From NCBI GenBank assembly GCA_016125075.1, contig WGMO01000020.1, positions 27,852 through 91,851 of the forward strand: DNA of 64,000 bases. The letters run 5' to 3'. The stretch is from Terrimonas sp. (lineage in GTDB: Bacteria > Bacteroidota > Bacteroidia > Chitinophagales > Chitinophagaceae). This document shows, one piece after another, positions 1-9,995 of the stretch (the first letter of the stretch is position 1; each line of letters begins with the position of its first letter). The position numbers and the translations under genes are program-made. The notes under the pieces were generated by a model. The model saw only the letters and a program-made list of their open reading frames with translations, did no database searches and was not told the origin of the DNA.

Positions 1-317
1 TGGATGGCCATTTTGTTCAGGGGCATGTTGATACCACCGCCATTTGTGCCGATAAGCAGGAAGCCGATGGCAGCTGGCTGTTCAGGTTCCGGTTTGACGG
101 TCGTTTTGCTGAACTGATCATTGAAAAGGGATCCATCACTGTAAATGGTATCAGCCTCACCGCATTCAATGTAACCGGCGATAGTTTTGATGTAGCCATT
201 ATCCCCTATACGTATGAAAATACAAATATCCAGGAAGTGGAAAAAAACGATCGTGTCAATCTTGAATTTGACATGATTGGGAAATATATCAACCGAAAAT
301 TATCTTTAGGCAGATAA
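1..317 (+). CDS. ribE: riboflavin synthase alpha chain, C-terminal fragment (5' end outside window)
   Basis: A frame-3 ORF is open to the window edge. Its translation (GHVDTTAICADKQ...GSITVNGISLTAFNV...DVAIIPYTYENTNI...VNLEFDMIGKYINRKL) matches the second lumazine-binding repeat of riboflavin synthase. Stop TAA is at 315-317. The 17..199 minus-strand track ORF is its antisense shadow. Confidence 0.85.
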   Translation, partial: DGHFVQGHVDTTAICADKQEADGSWLFRFRFDGRFAELIIEKGSITVNGISLTAFNVTGDSFDVAIIPYTYENTNIQEVEKNDRVNLEFDMIGKYINRKLSLGR

Positions 318-393
318 TGTATGTAAACTTATCAGCAGCTATTCCACCATATCCGAAACCGTTCCTGCAAATGACCGCCCCCACTATCCTGCC

Positions 394-1452
394 TTGGACG
401 GATTAAGGGGTATAGCCATCCTATTGGTCATTCTCTATCATAATTTCAATTTCATTGAATATTTCAATTATGGCTGGCTGGGTGTTGACCTGTTTTTTGT
501 TTTATCAGGTTTCCTGATTACAGACATCCTGCTAAGAACCCTTCAAGAACCTCATTATTTCAGGAATTTCTATGTAAGGAGGGTGCTGAGGATCTTTCCC
601 CTGTACTACCTGGTCCTTGTATTTTTCATCCTTGTCTTACCGCTTTTTAATAATACACCGGTAAACACTTCTTATTACACCCGGCACCAGGCATGGTTCT
701 GGACCTACCTGCAGAACTGGCTATTCATCCTTCACCCGGAGGGGGATACCCGGGCGCTTTTTCATTTTTGGTCGCTGGCGGTAGAGGAACAGTTCTACCT
801 GATCTGGCCTTTGCTGATATTCCTGATCAAAAAACCCAAAAAAGTATTTATTGTCAGTCTCCTCTTATTGATACTCGTTATCATCGCAAGGATCCTGATC
901 TGGCGCTATAGGAGTCATTTTCAAACATTTGAATGGCTGCTGTTATTTACCCGTATCGACGGCATCCTCATCGGGTCCATGCTGGCCGCTTTGATCCGGT
1001 ACAACCCCCAGCTTCCCAAAAAATACTTTACCGCCTTCGTGGTTATTTTTACTGCTTTCAATTTCCTGTATTATTTCTTTAAGAAAGGCCAGGATCCCAA
1101 TTTCCCGGTATGGGCGATTGGCGGCTTCACCTCTTTCTGTTTTGTTTTCGCCATATTTGTTTACCTCGGACTTGACCGGGAAAACCGGGTCATCAATTCC
1201 CTGTTAACGATAAAGCCCCTTACGGTTTTAGGCAGGTATTCCTATGGGTTTTATGTGTTTCACCTTCCCGTAAAACTATTCCTTGATAAACCGGTTACGG
1301 GATTTGCAGCTGTTGTAGCTGAAAAAAATATTTTCCTGCAAAACCTCACGGCCGCCATCATCGTTTCTGCAGCCGGGTTCCTGTTAAGCGTTTTGTCGTA
1401 TCATACATTCGAAAAACATTTTTTGAAAATGAAAAGATATTTCATCAGTTAA
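394..1452 (+). CDS. acyltransferase family 3 (AT3) membrane O-acyltransferase, no fused SGNH domain
   Basis: 352 aa, polytopic. It carries the AT3 signature blocks LDGLRGIAILLVILYHNF, VDLFFVLSGFLIT and FWSLAVEEQFYLIWP. After the in-frame TAG at 307-309 the only canonical start is TTG 394, so the start is uncertain. Confidence 0.85.
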   Translation: MDGLRGIAILLVILYHNFNFIEYFNYGWLGVDLFFVLSGFLITDILLRTLQEPHYFRNFYVRRVLRIFPLYYLVLVFFILVLPLFNNTPVNTSYYTRHQAWFWTYLQNWLFILHPEGDTRALFHFWSLAVEEQFYLIWPLLIFLIKKPKKVFIVSLLLLILVIIARILIWRYRSHFQTFEWLLLFTRIDGILIGSMLAALIRYNPQLPKKYFTAFVVIFTAFNFLYYFFKKGQDPNFPVWAIGGFTSFCFVFAIFVYLGLDRENRVINSLLTIKPLTVLGRYSYGFYVFHLPVKLFLDKPVTGFAAVVAEKNIFLQNLTAAIIVSAAGFLLSVLSYHTFEKHFLKMKRYFIS

Positions 1453-1488
1453 TCATCTATTGCTCATCAGCACAATTCCTTCCGGTTC

Positions 1489-3138
1489 ATGTTTACTATA
1501 CAAAACAAACCTGCATCAAGAACGAAACATTACCCAAATGATTCCCTGCTGGCTTTCCTGCTCACCCTGCCCGTATTCCTTTTCGTCCTGCTGTATTACC
1601 TGAAATCCGGCAATGGATTGATTGCCCCGGGATTTTTACAATACGACAATATCAGTTATATCGCCTATGCCCGTCAATATCCCGATTCCGGTTTCCAACA
1701 CCTCCTGTATAGTAACCCTTTCAATGATTCGGCGCAATATCCTGCCCTCTATTTCCAGGTACAGAATTTTCTTTTTCTTGCATTCCTGTACCTGGGTGTT
1801 CCCCCGGGAGTTACCCTTATAGTATTCACTTTGCTTTTTGCCTTCATCACTTTCAGGATCATTATCGCCCTCTATGATCAATTGATGCCGGAAAGTAAGA
1901 ACCGGGTGTTATCAATACTTCTTTTCTCCTGGGGAGGGGGTTTACTGGTAACTGCCGGATTGGGAGCGCTCTCCTTCATCCCAATTGGTGGTCTAGACAA
2001 AATCGACCGGCTCTTTGTACTGGATCCCGGCTGGGGATGGTGGGGCCTGAACCTGGGGAGATCACTCCTTTTTTCGACAGAAGCCTATTATCATGCCCTC
2101 TTTCTGGGAGGCATCCTTTCCATCTTAAAAAGAAAATGGGTACTGGCAATTTTCCTGTCTTTCTTATTATTCCTATCCCATCCTTATACCGGTATTGAAT
2201 ACCTGAGTATCATTGTAGCCTGGTGCGGGTATGAAATCATCCTTAAAAAAAACAGGGCAATTCCCGCCTGGTTTGCCCTGGCCAACCTGATGATCCTTGT
2301 TCTCCATATCGGTTATTATATGGTCTGGCTCAATCGTTTTCCCGATCACCATTCAGTACATGAACAATGTGCCATGAACTTGTCAATGCGGTACAGTACT
2401 CTCATACCTGCCTATATCCTGACCGGGTGCCTCGCCATTGGGGCGCTATTTACAAAGGGAGGAATCAAACCATTTTTGAATAAAGAATACAACCGGCTAT
2501 TCCTGACCTGGTTCCTGATCAGTTTCCTGCTGGCCAATCACGAAATTTTTATGAAACCCCTGGAGCCCGTCCATTTCACCAGGGGTTATGTATGGACAAG
2601 CCTATTTATACTGGGTTTGCCTTTCCTGGAACAAATTTGGGGTTACTTACGGCAAAAAAAGAAAGCTGCCCTTTGGATTTCAATACTGCTTTTTATTTTT
2701 CTATCCGATAATGCTGCCTGGCTGGCCAACTATGGAAGAAAGGGTTCATCTACCGGGTTGTCTGTTTATCTGAATAAGGACCAGCAAGCGGTACTTGACT
2801 GGTTAAAAAACAATACAGATACAAGCACGCTCATCATCAGTAATGATAATCTTATTTCGATACTGAGTACGGTTTATACTAAAGCCTATCCTTGGATCTC
2901 GCATAACCTGGCCACCCCTTTTCTATCACAAAAAAAGGATATTTACTATCATTATATCAAAAATGGGGTGATTGACCGTGCATGGGGCGGCAGAAACTTT
3001 ATTTTCATCCTTAACCATGAAGAGGGTTTAGAAAATAACAGGATCCAGCATCCTGGCTTTATACCTGACAAAACAGTCAGAATAGGCATGTTCAGTTTGC
3101 TGATAAAGCGTAATTTAACCAGAAAAGAATCGTCCTAA
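1489..3138 (+). CDS. large polytopic membrane protein with C-terminal soluble domain, family not recognised (possible GT-C-like glycosyltransferase)
   Basis: 549 aa with an ATG start 36 nt after the AT3 gene. It has many hydrophobic helices, an early loop (LQYDNISYIAYARQYPDSGF) and a hydrophilic tail of about 130 aa. The functional guess comes only from this architecture and the operon context. Confidence 0.6.
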   Translation: MFTIQNKPASRTKHYPNDSLLAFLLTLPVFLFVLLYYLKSGNGLIAPGFLQYDNISYIAYARQYPDSGFQHLLYSNPFNDSAQYPALYFQVQNFLFLAFLYLGVPPGVTLIVFTLLFAFITFRIIIALYDQLMPESKNRVLSILLFSWGGGLLVTAGLGALSFIPIGGLDKIDRLFVLDPGWGWWGLNLGRSLLFSTEAYYHALFLGGILSILKRKWVLAIFLSFLLFLSHPYTGIEYLSIIVAWCGYEIILKKNRAIPAWFALANLMILVLHIGYYMVWLNRFPDHHSVHEQCAMNLSMRYSTLIPAYILTGCLAIGALFTKGGIKPFLNKEYNRLFLTWFLISFLLANHEIFMKPLEPVHFTRGYVWTSLFILGLPFLEQIWGYLRQKKKAALWISILLFIFLSDNAAWLANYGRKGSSTGLSVYLNKDQQAVLDWLKNNTDTSTLIISNDNLISILSTVYTKAYPWISHNLATPFLSQKKDIYYHYIKNGVIDRAWGGRNFIFILNHEEGLENNRIQHPGFIPDKTVRIGMFSLLIKRNLTRKESS

Positions 3139-3160
3139 ATAACAACCGCCTCCAATTTTA

Positions 3161-4834
3161 ATGCTGATTATTTTTTTCATACAGTTGATCCTTTTATTGT
3201 GCTTTGCAGGAACCGGTTTCCTGATCGAGCATTTCAGGGGCAACCCTCCAACCGGGAAACACCCGGTGATTTTGGCGATCAATGGCCTTATTTTTTTCAC
3301 TGCGGTTGCCCAGATCATTGCCTTATTCCTTCCGGTCAACCTTACAACCGGGGTGATCATTTTCCTTCTCATCATCCTAATCGCCTGTTTAAAAAAGAAT
3401 TTCATCAATAACCTGATCAATTATATACAGTCTCAATCCAGGTCCTTACCCCTGTCCGCTCTTTTGCTGATCATCGCATCATGGATGATCATGATCATGA
3501 TGGCGGCTGGCCCCATCCTGATGGACGATACAGACAGTTACCATATACAAATGATAAAATGGATCCAGGAATACGGTTCTGTGCCAGGGATTGTCAACCT
3601 GCACAGCAGGTTTGGATTCAATTCCTCCTGGTTCAGCAGCGTTGCTCTTTTGGGTTATTCCTCCTCCACGTTTAACCTCTACACAACTCTTAACAGTTTT
3701 CTTTCATTCCTTTTTTGCTATTATCTAGTAAGCCGCATCTTTGACCCTACCCTATCCTTTAATACCCGTTCAGGTTTTATCCTCGTATTCGTTGCAAGTA
3801 TCGTTCTCTGGCCACTGACCCGGGGCAATAGCGCCACTTCCAATTACGATTTCATCACCACCGTAACGATCTTTATCCTTTTTGCCGAAACCTGGCTGGC
3901 CCCAAAAAACAGTTTACTGCTGACTGGTGAATGGTTTATCTGGCCTGCTTACCTATTTACCGTAAGGATCATCAATGCCCCTTTGCTGCTGATCAGTATG
4001 ATAGCTTTTATGATGCTTGTGAAAAGAAAAGAAATATCAAAAATTCTTATCTGCGCAGGCGCCATGACAGGGTTGATCCTGCCTTTCCTCATCCGCAATA
4101 TCATTGTATCCGGCTTCCCGTTTTATCCTGTAACTGCTTTGGGATTTATCCATGTGGACTGGCAACCAAACGCCTCATCAATCGATGAACTATTATTCTA
4201 CATAAAATATTATAACAGGGTGGGCACGGCATATCTTGACCTCGCACAAACGGAATCGTTGGGTAACTGGGGATGGATACCTACCTGGTTCCGATACCTG
4301 TTTATATATGATAAAATAATATTATTGGCAGGCATGGCGGGCCTGGTTAGCGGTTTTATGTATGGGCTGCGATCGCGCCAAAAATTATCTCCTGCCCGTA
4401 TGATCTTTTTTGTATTGTGGATACAACTGGTTGTTTGGTTCCTGATCGCTCCGGATCCAAGATTTGTTTACGGACCGCTGCTCTGCGGGGTACTGCTCCT
4501 ACCTGTCATCTGGCCGGAAAAAATATTTCGTTGCTTTTCCATTCGCAGCATCTCGATAGGGTCATCCGCTTTTGGCCTGGCGATTATCTTTTTCCTGGCT
4601 CTCAAAGCATCGAAAGACAATGCTTACCGGAACTGGATTCGGCCACTGTCATTACCGGTACCTACCGTCAACAGCATACAGATTGACGGTATACCCATGA
4701 ACATCCCTGAGAAAATGAATGATAACTGGAATACCCGTTGTTATGGAACAGCACTCCCCTGTATCTACGCATTAAACCCCAAACTGGAACCCCGGGGAAA
4801 AAAGATAAAAGATGGATTTCGGGTAAAAAAATAA
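3161..4834 (+). CDS. large polytopic membrane protein, paralogue A (family not recognised; possible GT-C-like glycosyltransferase or polymerase)
   Basis: 557 aa. It shares ordered sequence blocks with the 6329..8008 product: DTDSYHIQMIKWIQEYGSVPGIVNLHSRFG, IRNIIVSGFPFYP, APDPRFVYG, CYGTALPCIY and DGFRVKK. Confidence 0.7.
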   Translation: MLIIFFIQLILLLCFAGTGFLIEHFRGNPPTGKHPVILAINGLIFFTAVAQIIALFLPVNLTTGVIIFLLIILIACLKKNFINNLINYIQSQSRSLPLSALLLIIASWMIMIMMAAGPILMDDTDSYHIQMIKWIQEYGSVPGIVNLHSRFGFNSSWFSSVALLGYSSSTFNLYTTLNSFLSFLFCYYLVSRIFDPTLSFNTRSGFILVFVASIVLWPLTRGNSATSNYDFITTVTIFILFAETWLAPKNSLLLTGEWFIWPAYLFTVRIINAPLLLISMIAFMMLVKRKEISKILICAGAMTGLILPFLIRNIIVSGFPFYPVTALGFIHVDWQPNASSIDELLFYIKYYNRVGTAYLDLAQTESLGNWGWIPTWFRYLFIYDKIILLAGMAGLVSGFMYGLRSRQKLSPARMIFFVLWIQLVVWFLIAPDPRFVYGPLLCGVLLLPVIWPEKIFRCFSIRSISIGSSAFGLAIIFFLALKASKDNAYRNWIRPLSLPVPTVNSIQIDGIPMNIPEKMNDNWNTRCYGTALPCIYALNPKLEPRGKKIKDGFRVKK

Positions 4835-4869
4835 ACGGGCTTCTTTATCTTCACCACATAATTTTCGTT

Positions 4870-5589
4870 TTGAAAAAACTGAGCATCATTATTCCCTGTT
4901 ACAACGAAGAAGCCTCTGTAAAAACGGTGCTTGCTAATATCGCCGCCACTCCCCTGGGTTGGGAAATGGAAAAGGAGATCATCATAGTGAATGATGGTTC
5001 CAGTGATAACACCGCTTCGCAACTGGAAGAATTCCTTTTGCAGGATGCTTTCAGGGGCCATCAGTTGATCCATCATCAACAAAACATGGGCAAGGGGGCT
5101 TCCATCCGCTCGGGGCTTGAAAAAGTAACCGGCGACATTGTGATCATCCAGGATGCAGATCATGAATATGATCCCAGGGACTATAACCTGATGCTGGAGC
5201 CCATCATGGACGGGCATGCGGATGTGGTGTATGGTTCAAGGTTCATGGGCGCAGGCCCCCACCGGGTATTATTTTATTTTCATACCCTTGGCAATAAATT
5301 CCTAACCTTTCTTTCAAATTTTTTCACCCAGTTGAACCTGACCGATATGGAAACTGGATATAAGATGTTCAAAACCGAAATCCTGAAAAGCATCACGCTC
5401 CGGGAAAACAGGTTTGGCATTGAACCCGAAATCACCGCCAAAATAAGCCGTATTAAAAATATCCGCATTTATGAAACCGGTATCCGGTACTACGGGCGCA
5501 CTTATAAGGATGGGAAAAAAATCAACTGGAAGGATGGCTTCAAAGCCATCTACTGCATTTTTAAATACAATATTTTTTCCCGCCGATGA
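4870..5589 (+). CDS. family 2 glycosyltransferase, polyprenyl-phosphate hexosyltransferase-like (DPM1/ArnC/GtrB class)
   Basis: GT-A motifs are present: LSIIIPCYNEE, IIVNDGSSDNT and IIQDADHEYDP (DxD). It is short and lacks C-terminal TM helices. The track ORF starts at 4738 inside the upstream gene. I place the start at TTG 4870, directly before the conserved KKLSIIIP. Confidence 0.8.
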   Translation: MKKLSIIIPCYNEEASVKTVLANIAATPLGWEMEKEIIIVNDGSSDNTASQLEEFLLQDAFRGHQLIHHQQNMGKGASIRSGLEKVTGDIVIIQDADHEYDPRDYNLMLEPIMDGHADVVYGSRFMGAGPHRVLFYFHTLGNKFLTFLSNFFTQLNLTDMETGYKMFKTEILKSITLRENRFGIEPEITAKISRIKNIRIYETGIRYYGRTYKDGKKINWKDGFKAIYCIFKYNIFSRR

Positions 5590-6329
5590 GTAACCCGGTC
5601 ATATCCTCCCTTGACCCTGTGGGTTCGCATACATTAGCAGTGATTTCAGGGGCCGGCCATTTTAATCAATGGGTATACCAACAATTCCGGGAATACCTGA
5701 AAGGGAATATTTTGGAAATTGGCAGCGGGATCGGTAATATCTCCCAATTCGTTATCGACGATGGTCATTCCTTAACCTTATCGGATACCAATGAGGAGTA
5801 TTGTCACTGGCTTGAAAAAAAATATGCTGGCCAAACAGCCGTCAACGCCATCCTGCAAATTGATTTGCTGGATCCGGAATTCAGTTCGGTACACAAAGAT
5901 TATCGGGAAAAATTTGACAGTATCTTTCTCCTGAATGTAATTGAACATATAGAAGACGATGCCCTGGCTGTAAAAAATTGTTCTTACCTGCTCAGGCCCG
6001 GCGGCCACCTGATCATGCTGGCGCCTGCCTGGCAATACCTTTTCTGCCAACTGGATCGGGAACTCGGACATTACAGGAGGTATACCCAAAAAACGATGAC
6101 GGCATTGTTTGAGCAGCAACAATTCCAGGTGATCAATAAAAAGTATTTCAATATACTGGGATGGATGGGCTGGCTGATCTCTGGGAAACTGCTCCGCCAT
6201 AAAATGCTGCGGAAAAATGAGATGTCCCTGTTTGACAAACTGGTTGTTCCGGCCCAACTGATCGACCGGCTGCTTTTCAAGATAACCGGTCTTTCGGTGA
6301 TCGTAACCGGGAAAAAAAGAATTGACTGA
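5586..6329 (+). CDS. class I SAM-dependent methyltransferase
   Basis: 247 aa. Motif I is ILEIGSGIGNIS and the post-I acidic residue is in LTLSD. Later blocks are FDSIFLLNVIEHIEDD and LRPGGHLIM. The ATG overlaps the GT2 stop (ATGA). Confidence 0.85.
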   Translation: MSNPVISSLDPVGSHTLAVISGAGHFNQWVYQQFREYLKGNILEIGSGIGNISQFVIDDGHSLTLSDTNEEYCHWLEKKYAGQTAVNAILQIDLLDPEFSSVHKDYREKFDSIFLLNVIEHIEDDALAVKNCSYLLRPGGHLIMLAPAWQYLFCQLDRELGHYRRYTQKTMTALFEQQQFQVINKKYFNILGWMGWLISGKLLRHKMLRKNEMSLFDKLVVPAQLIDRLLFKITGLSVIVTGKKRID

Positions 6330-8008
6330 TGTTCTGGACCCTGATCATATCTGCCTATATCAGTTACCTGTGCTGGACATGGGGCGTTATTTCCTGGAAC
6401 CTCTTGAAAAAAATGACGGGCAGCCAGTACACAGCCCTGCCCCATTTCAGTATTCTTTCCTTTTTGGGTTTTTGTGTACTCACATCCCTCCTTGGCTTTT
6501 TATCCATTTTTATCCCCCTGGGGGGGATAATACCCCAGCTTTTACTGGGGATCCCGGTTGTTTTGGCCTGGGTTTATAAAGGAAAGCAATTCAAACTGCT
6601 ATTCATCCAGGATTTTAAAGACATGGCAACACCTGCCATTTTATTATTGGCCAGTTGCCTGCTCATGATACTGGTTGTTGGTTCCTGGAAAATCGTCCAT
6701 CCCGATACGCTGGGCTACCATGCACAAACCATTCAATGGATCGAAAAATATAAGGCCGTACCTGGTCTTGTTCATCTTCAAGTCAGGTATGGGTACCAGG
6801 GTCTCTGGTATGTGAGTGCTGCTTTTTTTAGTTTCCGTTTTACCGGCCTTCATGCCGTTACATTTATCAATACGGCTATATTGGCCTGGTATCTTTTTTT
6901 TGTAACCGGCAGGATCAGCAGGGCTCTCCTTGAAAAGGAAAAATCCTTTCTGCTTATTGGATGGATATTGTTATTGGGAATCAGCCTGATCAGCTATACA
7001 CAGGTCAGGCTGACAGCCGCATCGGCCAGCCCTGATTTTATCGCTGTATTACTGACCTGGTTATCTTTCTACCTTTTTTTTCTTGCTGATAAATATAACA
7101 ACAGTCTAAGCCTGGTACTGGTTTCCATTTTTTCCATAACGGCAGTTGTGATCAAATTATCGGTATTACCTGTATTACTCTTATTACCCGTAATACTATA
7201 TGTCAGGCTGAGGAGAAAAGATTTCCGGATGGGTATTATCCTGTTGTTGATGGCAGTGATGATGTTTATCCCATTCCTTTCGCGGAATATCATCAGTTCC
7301 GGGTACCCGGTATTCCCATCCCCCATTCCTGATCTTTTCAATACCGATTGGAAATACGATCCCGGTTTGACTAGTCTTGAAAAGGATTATATATCCGCCT
7401 ATGGCAGAATGCCGGTTGACCATAGCCGGGAAGCTATTGACCGGGTACTGCACAAGCAAACCGGCGAATGGATTCCGGTATGGTGGAACAACAGGTCGTT
7501 GGCCGATCGATCCATCATCATACTCCTGATCTTTGCGGTTGCTGTTATGCTCTTGAAATCCCGCATTTTTTTCAAGATCAGCAAACGAAAGGCTGTCGTA
7601 CTGTTTACGGCAATTGCCGGAATAATTTTCTGGTGGTTGCAGGCACCCGACCCGAGATTTGGGTTCGCTTTCATCATACCGGTGCCCGCCATCGTGTTTT
7701 ATGAAGTCTTTCAGCATAAAAAGATAAAAGGGAAGTCCATTGCCCTACTGCTGGTCATTGGCCCGCTTGCACTTGTCCTGTCCTATACGGCATATAGGCT
7801 GGTCAACTTTTTTTCACCCCGGCAGCTGCTGGAACCTGTGGGAATTGTTGAAGGAAAATTTAAGGAAATAGATTGTTACCAGGTGAAGTTTACAGTGCCG
7901 GCACCTGAAAATTCCTGTGGCGATGCTCCTGTTCCCTGTGTATATGGGGACTGCTCGCAATTTATTTTAAGGGGATCATCGCTGGATGAAGGATTCCGGG
8001 CTAAATAG
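6329..8008 (+). CDS. large polytopic membrane protein, paralogue B of 3161..4834
   Basis: 559 aa. It shares these blocks with paralogue A: [67 protein letters not shown] and EGFRAK. The start overlaps the methyltransferase stop by 1 nt (TGATG). Confidence 0.7.
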   Translation: MFWTLIISAYISYLCWTWGVISWNLLKKMTGSQYTALPHFSILSFLGFCVLTSLLGFLSIFIPLGGIIPQLLLGIPVVLAWVYKGKQFKLLFIQDFKDMATPAILLLASCLLMILVVGSWKIVHPDTLGYHAQTIQWIEKYKAVPGLVHLQVRYGYQGLWYVSAAFFSFRFTGLHAVTFINTAILAWYLFFVTGRISRALLEKEKSFLLIGWILLLGISLISYTQVRLTAASASPDFIAVLLTWLSFYLFFLADKYNNSLSLVLVSIFSITAVVIKLSVLPVLLLLPVILYVRLRRKDFRMGIILLLMAVMMFIPFLSRNIISSGYPVFPSPIPDLFNTDWKYDPGLTSLEKDYISAYGRMPVDHSREAIDRVLHKQTGEWIPVWWNNRSLADRSIIILLIFAVAVMLLKSRIFFKISKRKAVVLFTAIAGIIFWWLQAPDPRFGFAFIIPVPAIVFYEVFQHKKIKGKSIALLLVIGPLALVLSYTAYRLVNFFSPRQLLEPVGIVEGKFKEIDCYQVKFTVPAPENSCGDAPVPCVYGDCSQFILRGSSLDEGFRAK

Positions 8009-9869
8009 AGCCTTTGATACTTTTGCCGCTCATCACCTTGCTGATAGCCTGGTCCATCACCCTTTCCGCATAGGGCCGGGAAATATCATTCAACGCTTCA
8101 ATTTTCTCCTGGATCATGTCTTTATTGCCTGATTCCATGACAGCGTTCAGTACTGCAATTGCATTTTGTGTAACCTCAATTTCTTCGGTGCTGAGCAGGG
8201 AGGCATTCCTGGAAAGGAATTGAGAAGTTGTTTCCATAATCTGTTTCGCTTCAGTCTGTGCTTCCACCAGGGCCCGGGACTGCATATCTTCTTTTGCATG
8301 GGTGATGGAATCGAGCAACATTTTTTCAACTTCAGCATCCGTTAAACCATACTGGGGTTTTACTTCGACGGTTTGGGATACCCCGCTACGAAGTTCTTTT
8401 GCCGTTACACTGAGTATGCCATCGGCATTGATCAGGAAGGAGACTTCCACTTTCGGAAGCCCTGCAGGCATTCCGGGGATACCGGTCAGGTTAAATTCAG
8501 CAAGCTTCCTGTTATCCTTTACAAGATCCCTTTCTCCCTGGAAAACGGAAATACGCATACCGGACTGACCGTCTTTCTGGGTAGTATACTGCCGGCCCGC
8601 CTTTGAAGGTATCTTTGAATTGCGGGGGATCAGGATGTCCATCAACCCACCCATGGTTTCAATACCCAGAGACAAGGGCGTAATATCCAGCAACAAAAGA
8701 TCCTTATTGTTCCCGGCCAGGATATCAGCCTGTATCGCGGCACCCAGGGCAACCACTTCATCCGGGTTAACATCATCATGCACTTTCTTGCCAAAAAACT
8801 GACCGATCGATTCTTTGATGAGGGGAACCCTTGTTGTGCCACCCACCATCACAATTTCATCAATATCGGTTACAGAAAGACCGGCATCCTTAAGCGCTTT
8901 TGTACAGCAAACGATTGTCCGGTCAACAAAGGGGCGGATCAATTCTTCAAATTTTTCCCGGGTTAGATGAACGGGGGTGCCAGCTATTTCACTGGTGAAG
9001 GCATTCGCAGTGCTCAGGAATCTCTTGGCTTCTTCTGCCTTTAACCGGAAAGACTGGGCAACCTGCTTATGCAGCTGCAGTTCCTCCCGGGTGATACCCG
9101 TCTGCCCCACCCAATAGTCCACGATCGCCTGGTCAAAATCGTCTCCTCCAAGATAAGTGTCACCGTTAGTAGACAACACTTCAAATATACCCCCTGCGAT
9201 CCTCAAGATGGAAATATCGAAGGTTCCACCCCCCAGGTCGTAGACTGCCACCGTTTTTGATTCTTCCTTGTTGAGCCCCAACCCGTATGCCAGGCTCGCG
9301 GCAGTGGGTTCATTCACGATCCGCAATACATCCAGACCGGCCAGTTTGCCGGCATCACGGGTAGCCTGTCGCTGCGCATCGTTAAAATAGGCCGGTACCG
9401 TGATCACGGCCCTGGTTACAGGTGTTTTAAGGATATGTTCGGCCCTATGTTTGAGCTCTTTGAGTATATAAGAAGACAATTCCACCGGGGAATAGAATTT
9501 ATTACCGGCCTGGATCTTCACCAGGCTTTCGGTATTATCATCGATCACCTTATAGGTAAAAAAGGAAGATCTTTCCCTGATATCATTATAGGATTTACCC
9601 ATGAGCCTTTTCACAGAGAAAATGGTTTGCTGAGGTTCAGTGACCAGGAAACGTTTCGCCTCATTCCCCACGGTGATATTACCCTGTTCGTCGAAATGGA
9701 TGACCGATGGCACCAGCGAACTGGAATCGTGTTCTTTGAGAGCGACCGGTTGCTTGTTATCCGGATGGATGATCGCCACGAGACTATTGGTGGTGCCCAG
9801 GTCAATGCCCACAATGATTTCTTCTTTCTGTAAACTGCCGGTTGAAATATTAATACCGATTTTTGCCAC
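8001..9869 (-). CDS. hscA: Hsp70-family chaperone, HscA-like
   Basis: Contains [14 protein letters not shown] (the HscA-type variant of the DnaK phosphate-1 motif), [30 protein letters not shown] and VGGTTRVP. I start at GTG 9869 ([11 protein letters not shown]). The longer track ORF would begin inside the porU terminator hairpin. Confidence 0.8.
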   Translation of the reverse strand: MAKIGINISTGSLQKEEIIVGIDLGTTNSLVAIIHPDNKQPVALKEHDSSSLVPSVIHFDEQGNITVGNEAKRFLVTEPQQTIFSVKRLMGKSYNDIRERSSFFTYKVIDDNTESLVKIQAGNKFYSPVELSSYILKELKHRAEHILKTPVTRAVITVPAYFNDAQRQATRDAGKLAGLDVLRIVNEPTAASLAYGLGLNKEESKTVAVYDLGGGTFDISILRIAGGIFEVLSTNGDTYLGGDDFDQAIVDYWVGQTGITREELQLHKQVAQSFRLKAEEAKRFLSTANAFTSEIAGTPVHLTREKFEELIRPFVDRTIVCCTKALKDAGLSVTDIDEIVMVGGTTRVPLIKESIGQFFGKKVHDDVNPDEVVALGAAIQADILAGNNKDLLLLDITPLSLGIETMGGLMDILIPRNSKIPSKAGRQYTTQKDGQSGMRISVFQGERDLVKDNRKLAEFNLTGIPGMPAGLPKVEVSFLINADGILSVTAKELRSGVSQTVEVKPQYGLTDAEVEKMLLDSITHAKEDMQSRALVEAQTEAKQIMETTSQFLSRNASLLSTEEIEVTQNAIAVLNAVMESGNKDMIQEKIEALNDISRPYAERVMDQAISKVMSGKSIKGSI

Positions 9870-9944
9870 AACTTCTTTTTTAGTAATAATCTGAATACAA
9901 TCTGTAAAATTAACATTTAAGCGGTAGAACTGTTTACGAATAGA

Positions 9945-9970
9945 GAAAGAAAAAGGCCGCAAATGCGGCC
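9945..9970 (-). terminator. rho-independent terminator after porU
   Basis: On the minus strand the sequence reads GGCCGC-ATTT-GCGGCC followed by TTTTTCTTTCT. It sits 26 nt after the porU stop. Confidence 0.7.
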
Positions 9971-9995
9971 CTTTAATATGCTGAAGGGATCCACC

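Noticed and set aside
17-199. 60-aa minus-strand ORF at the window start
   Set aside because: It lies entirely antisense to the clear riboflavin synthase reading frame (frame 3, plus strand). It has no recognisable motifs.
4738-4869. Upstream extension of the GT2 ORF overlapping the preceding gene by 97 nt
   Set aside because: The extension has a Lys/Gly/Pro-rich, non-conserved composition and lies within the conserved C-terminal module of paralogue A. TTG 4870 directly precedes the GT2 core.
9870-9962. N-terminal extension of hscA in the ORF track (start at 9962)
   Set aside because: The upstream ATG sits inside the porU terminator hairpin (9955-9970). The extension ([19 protein letters not shown]...) looks non-coding. 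GTG 9869 gives a conventional HscA N-terminus.
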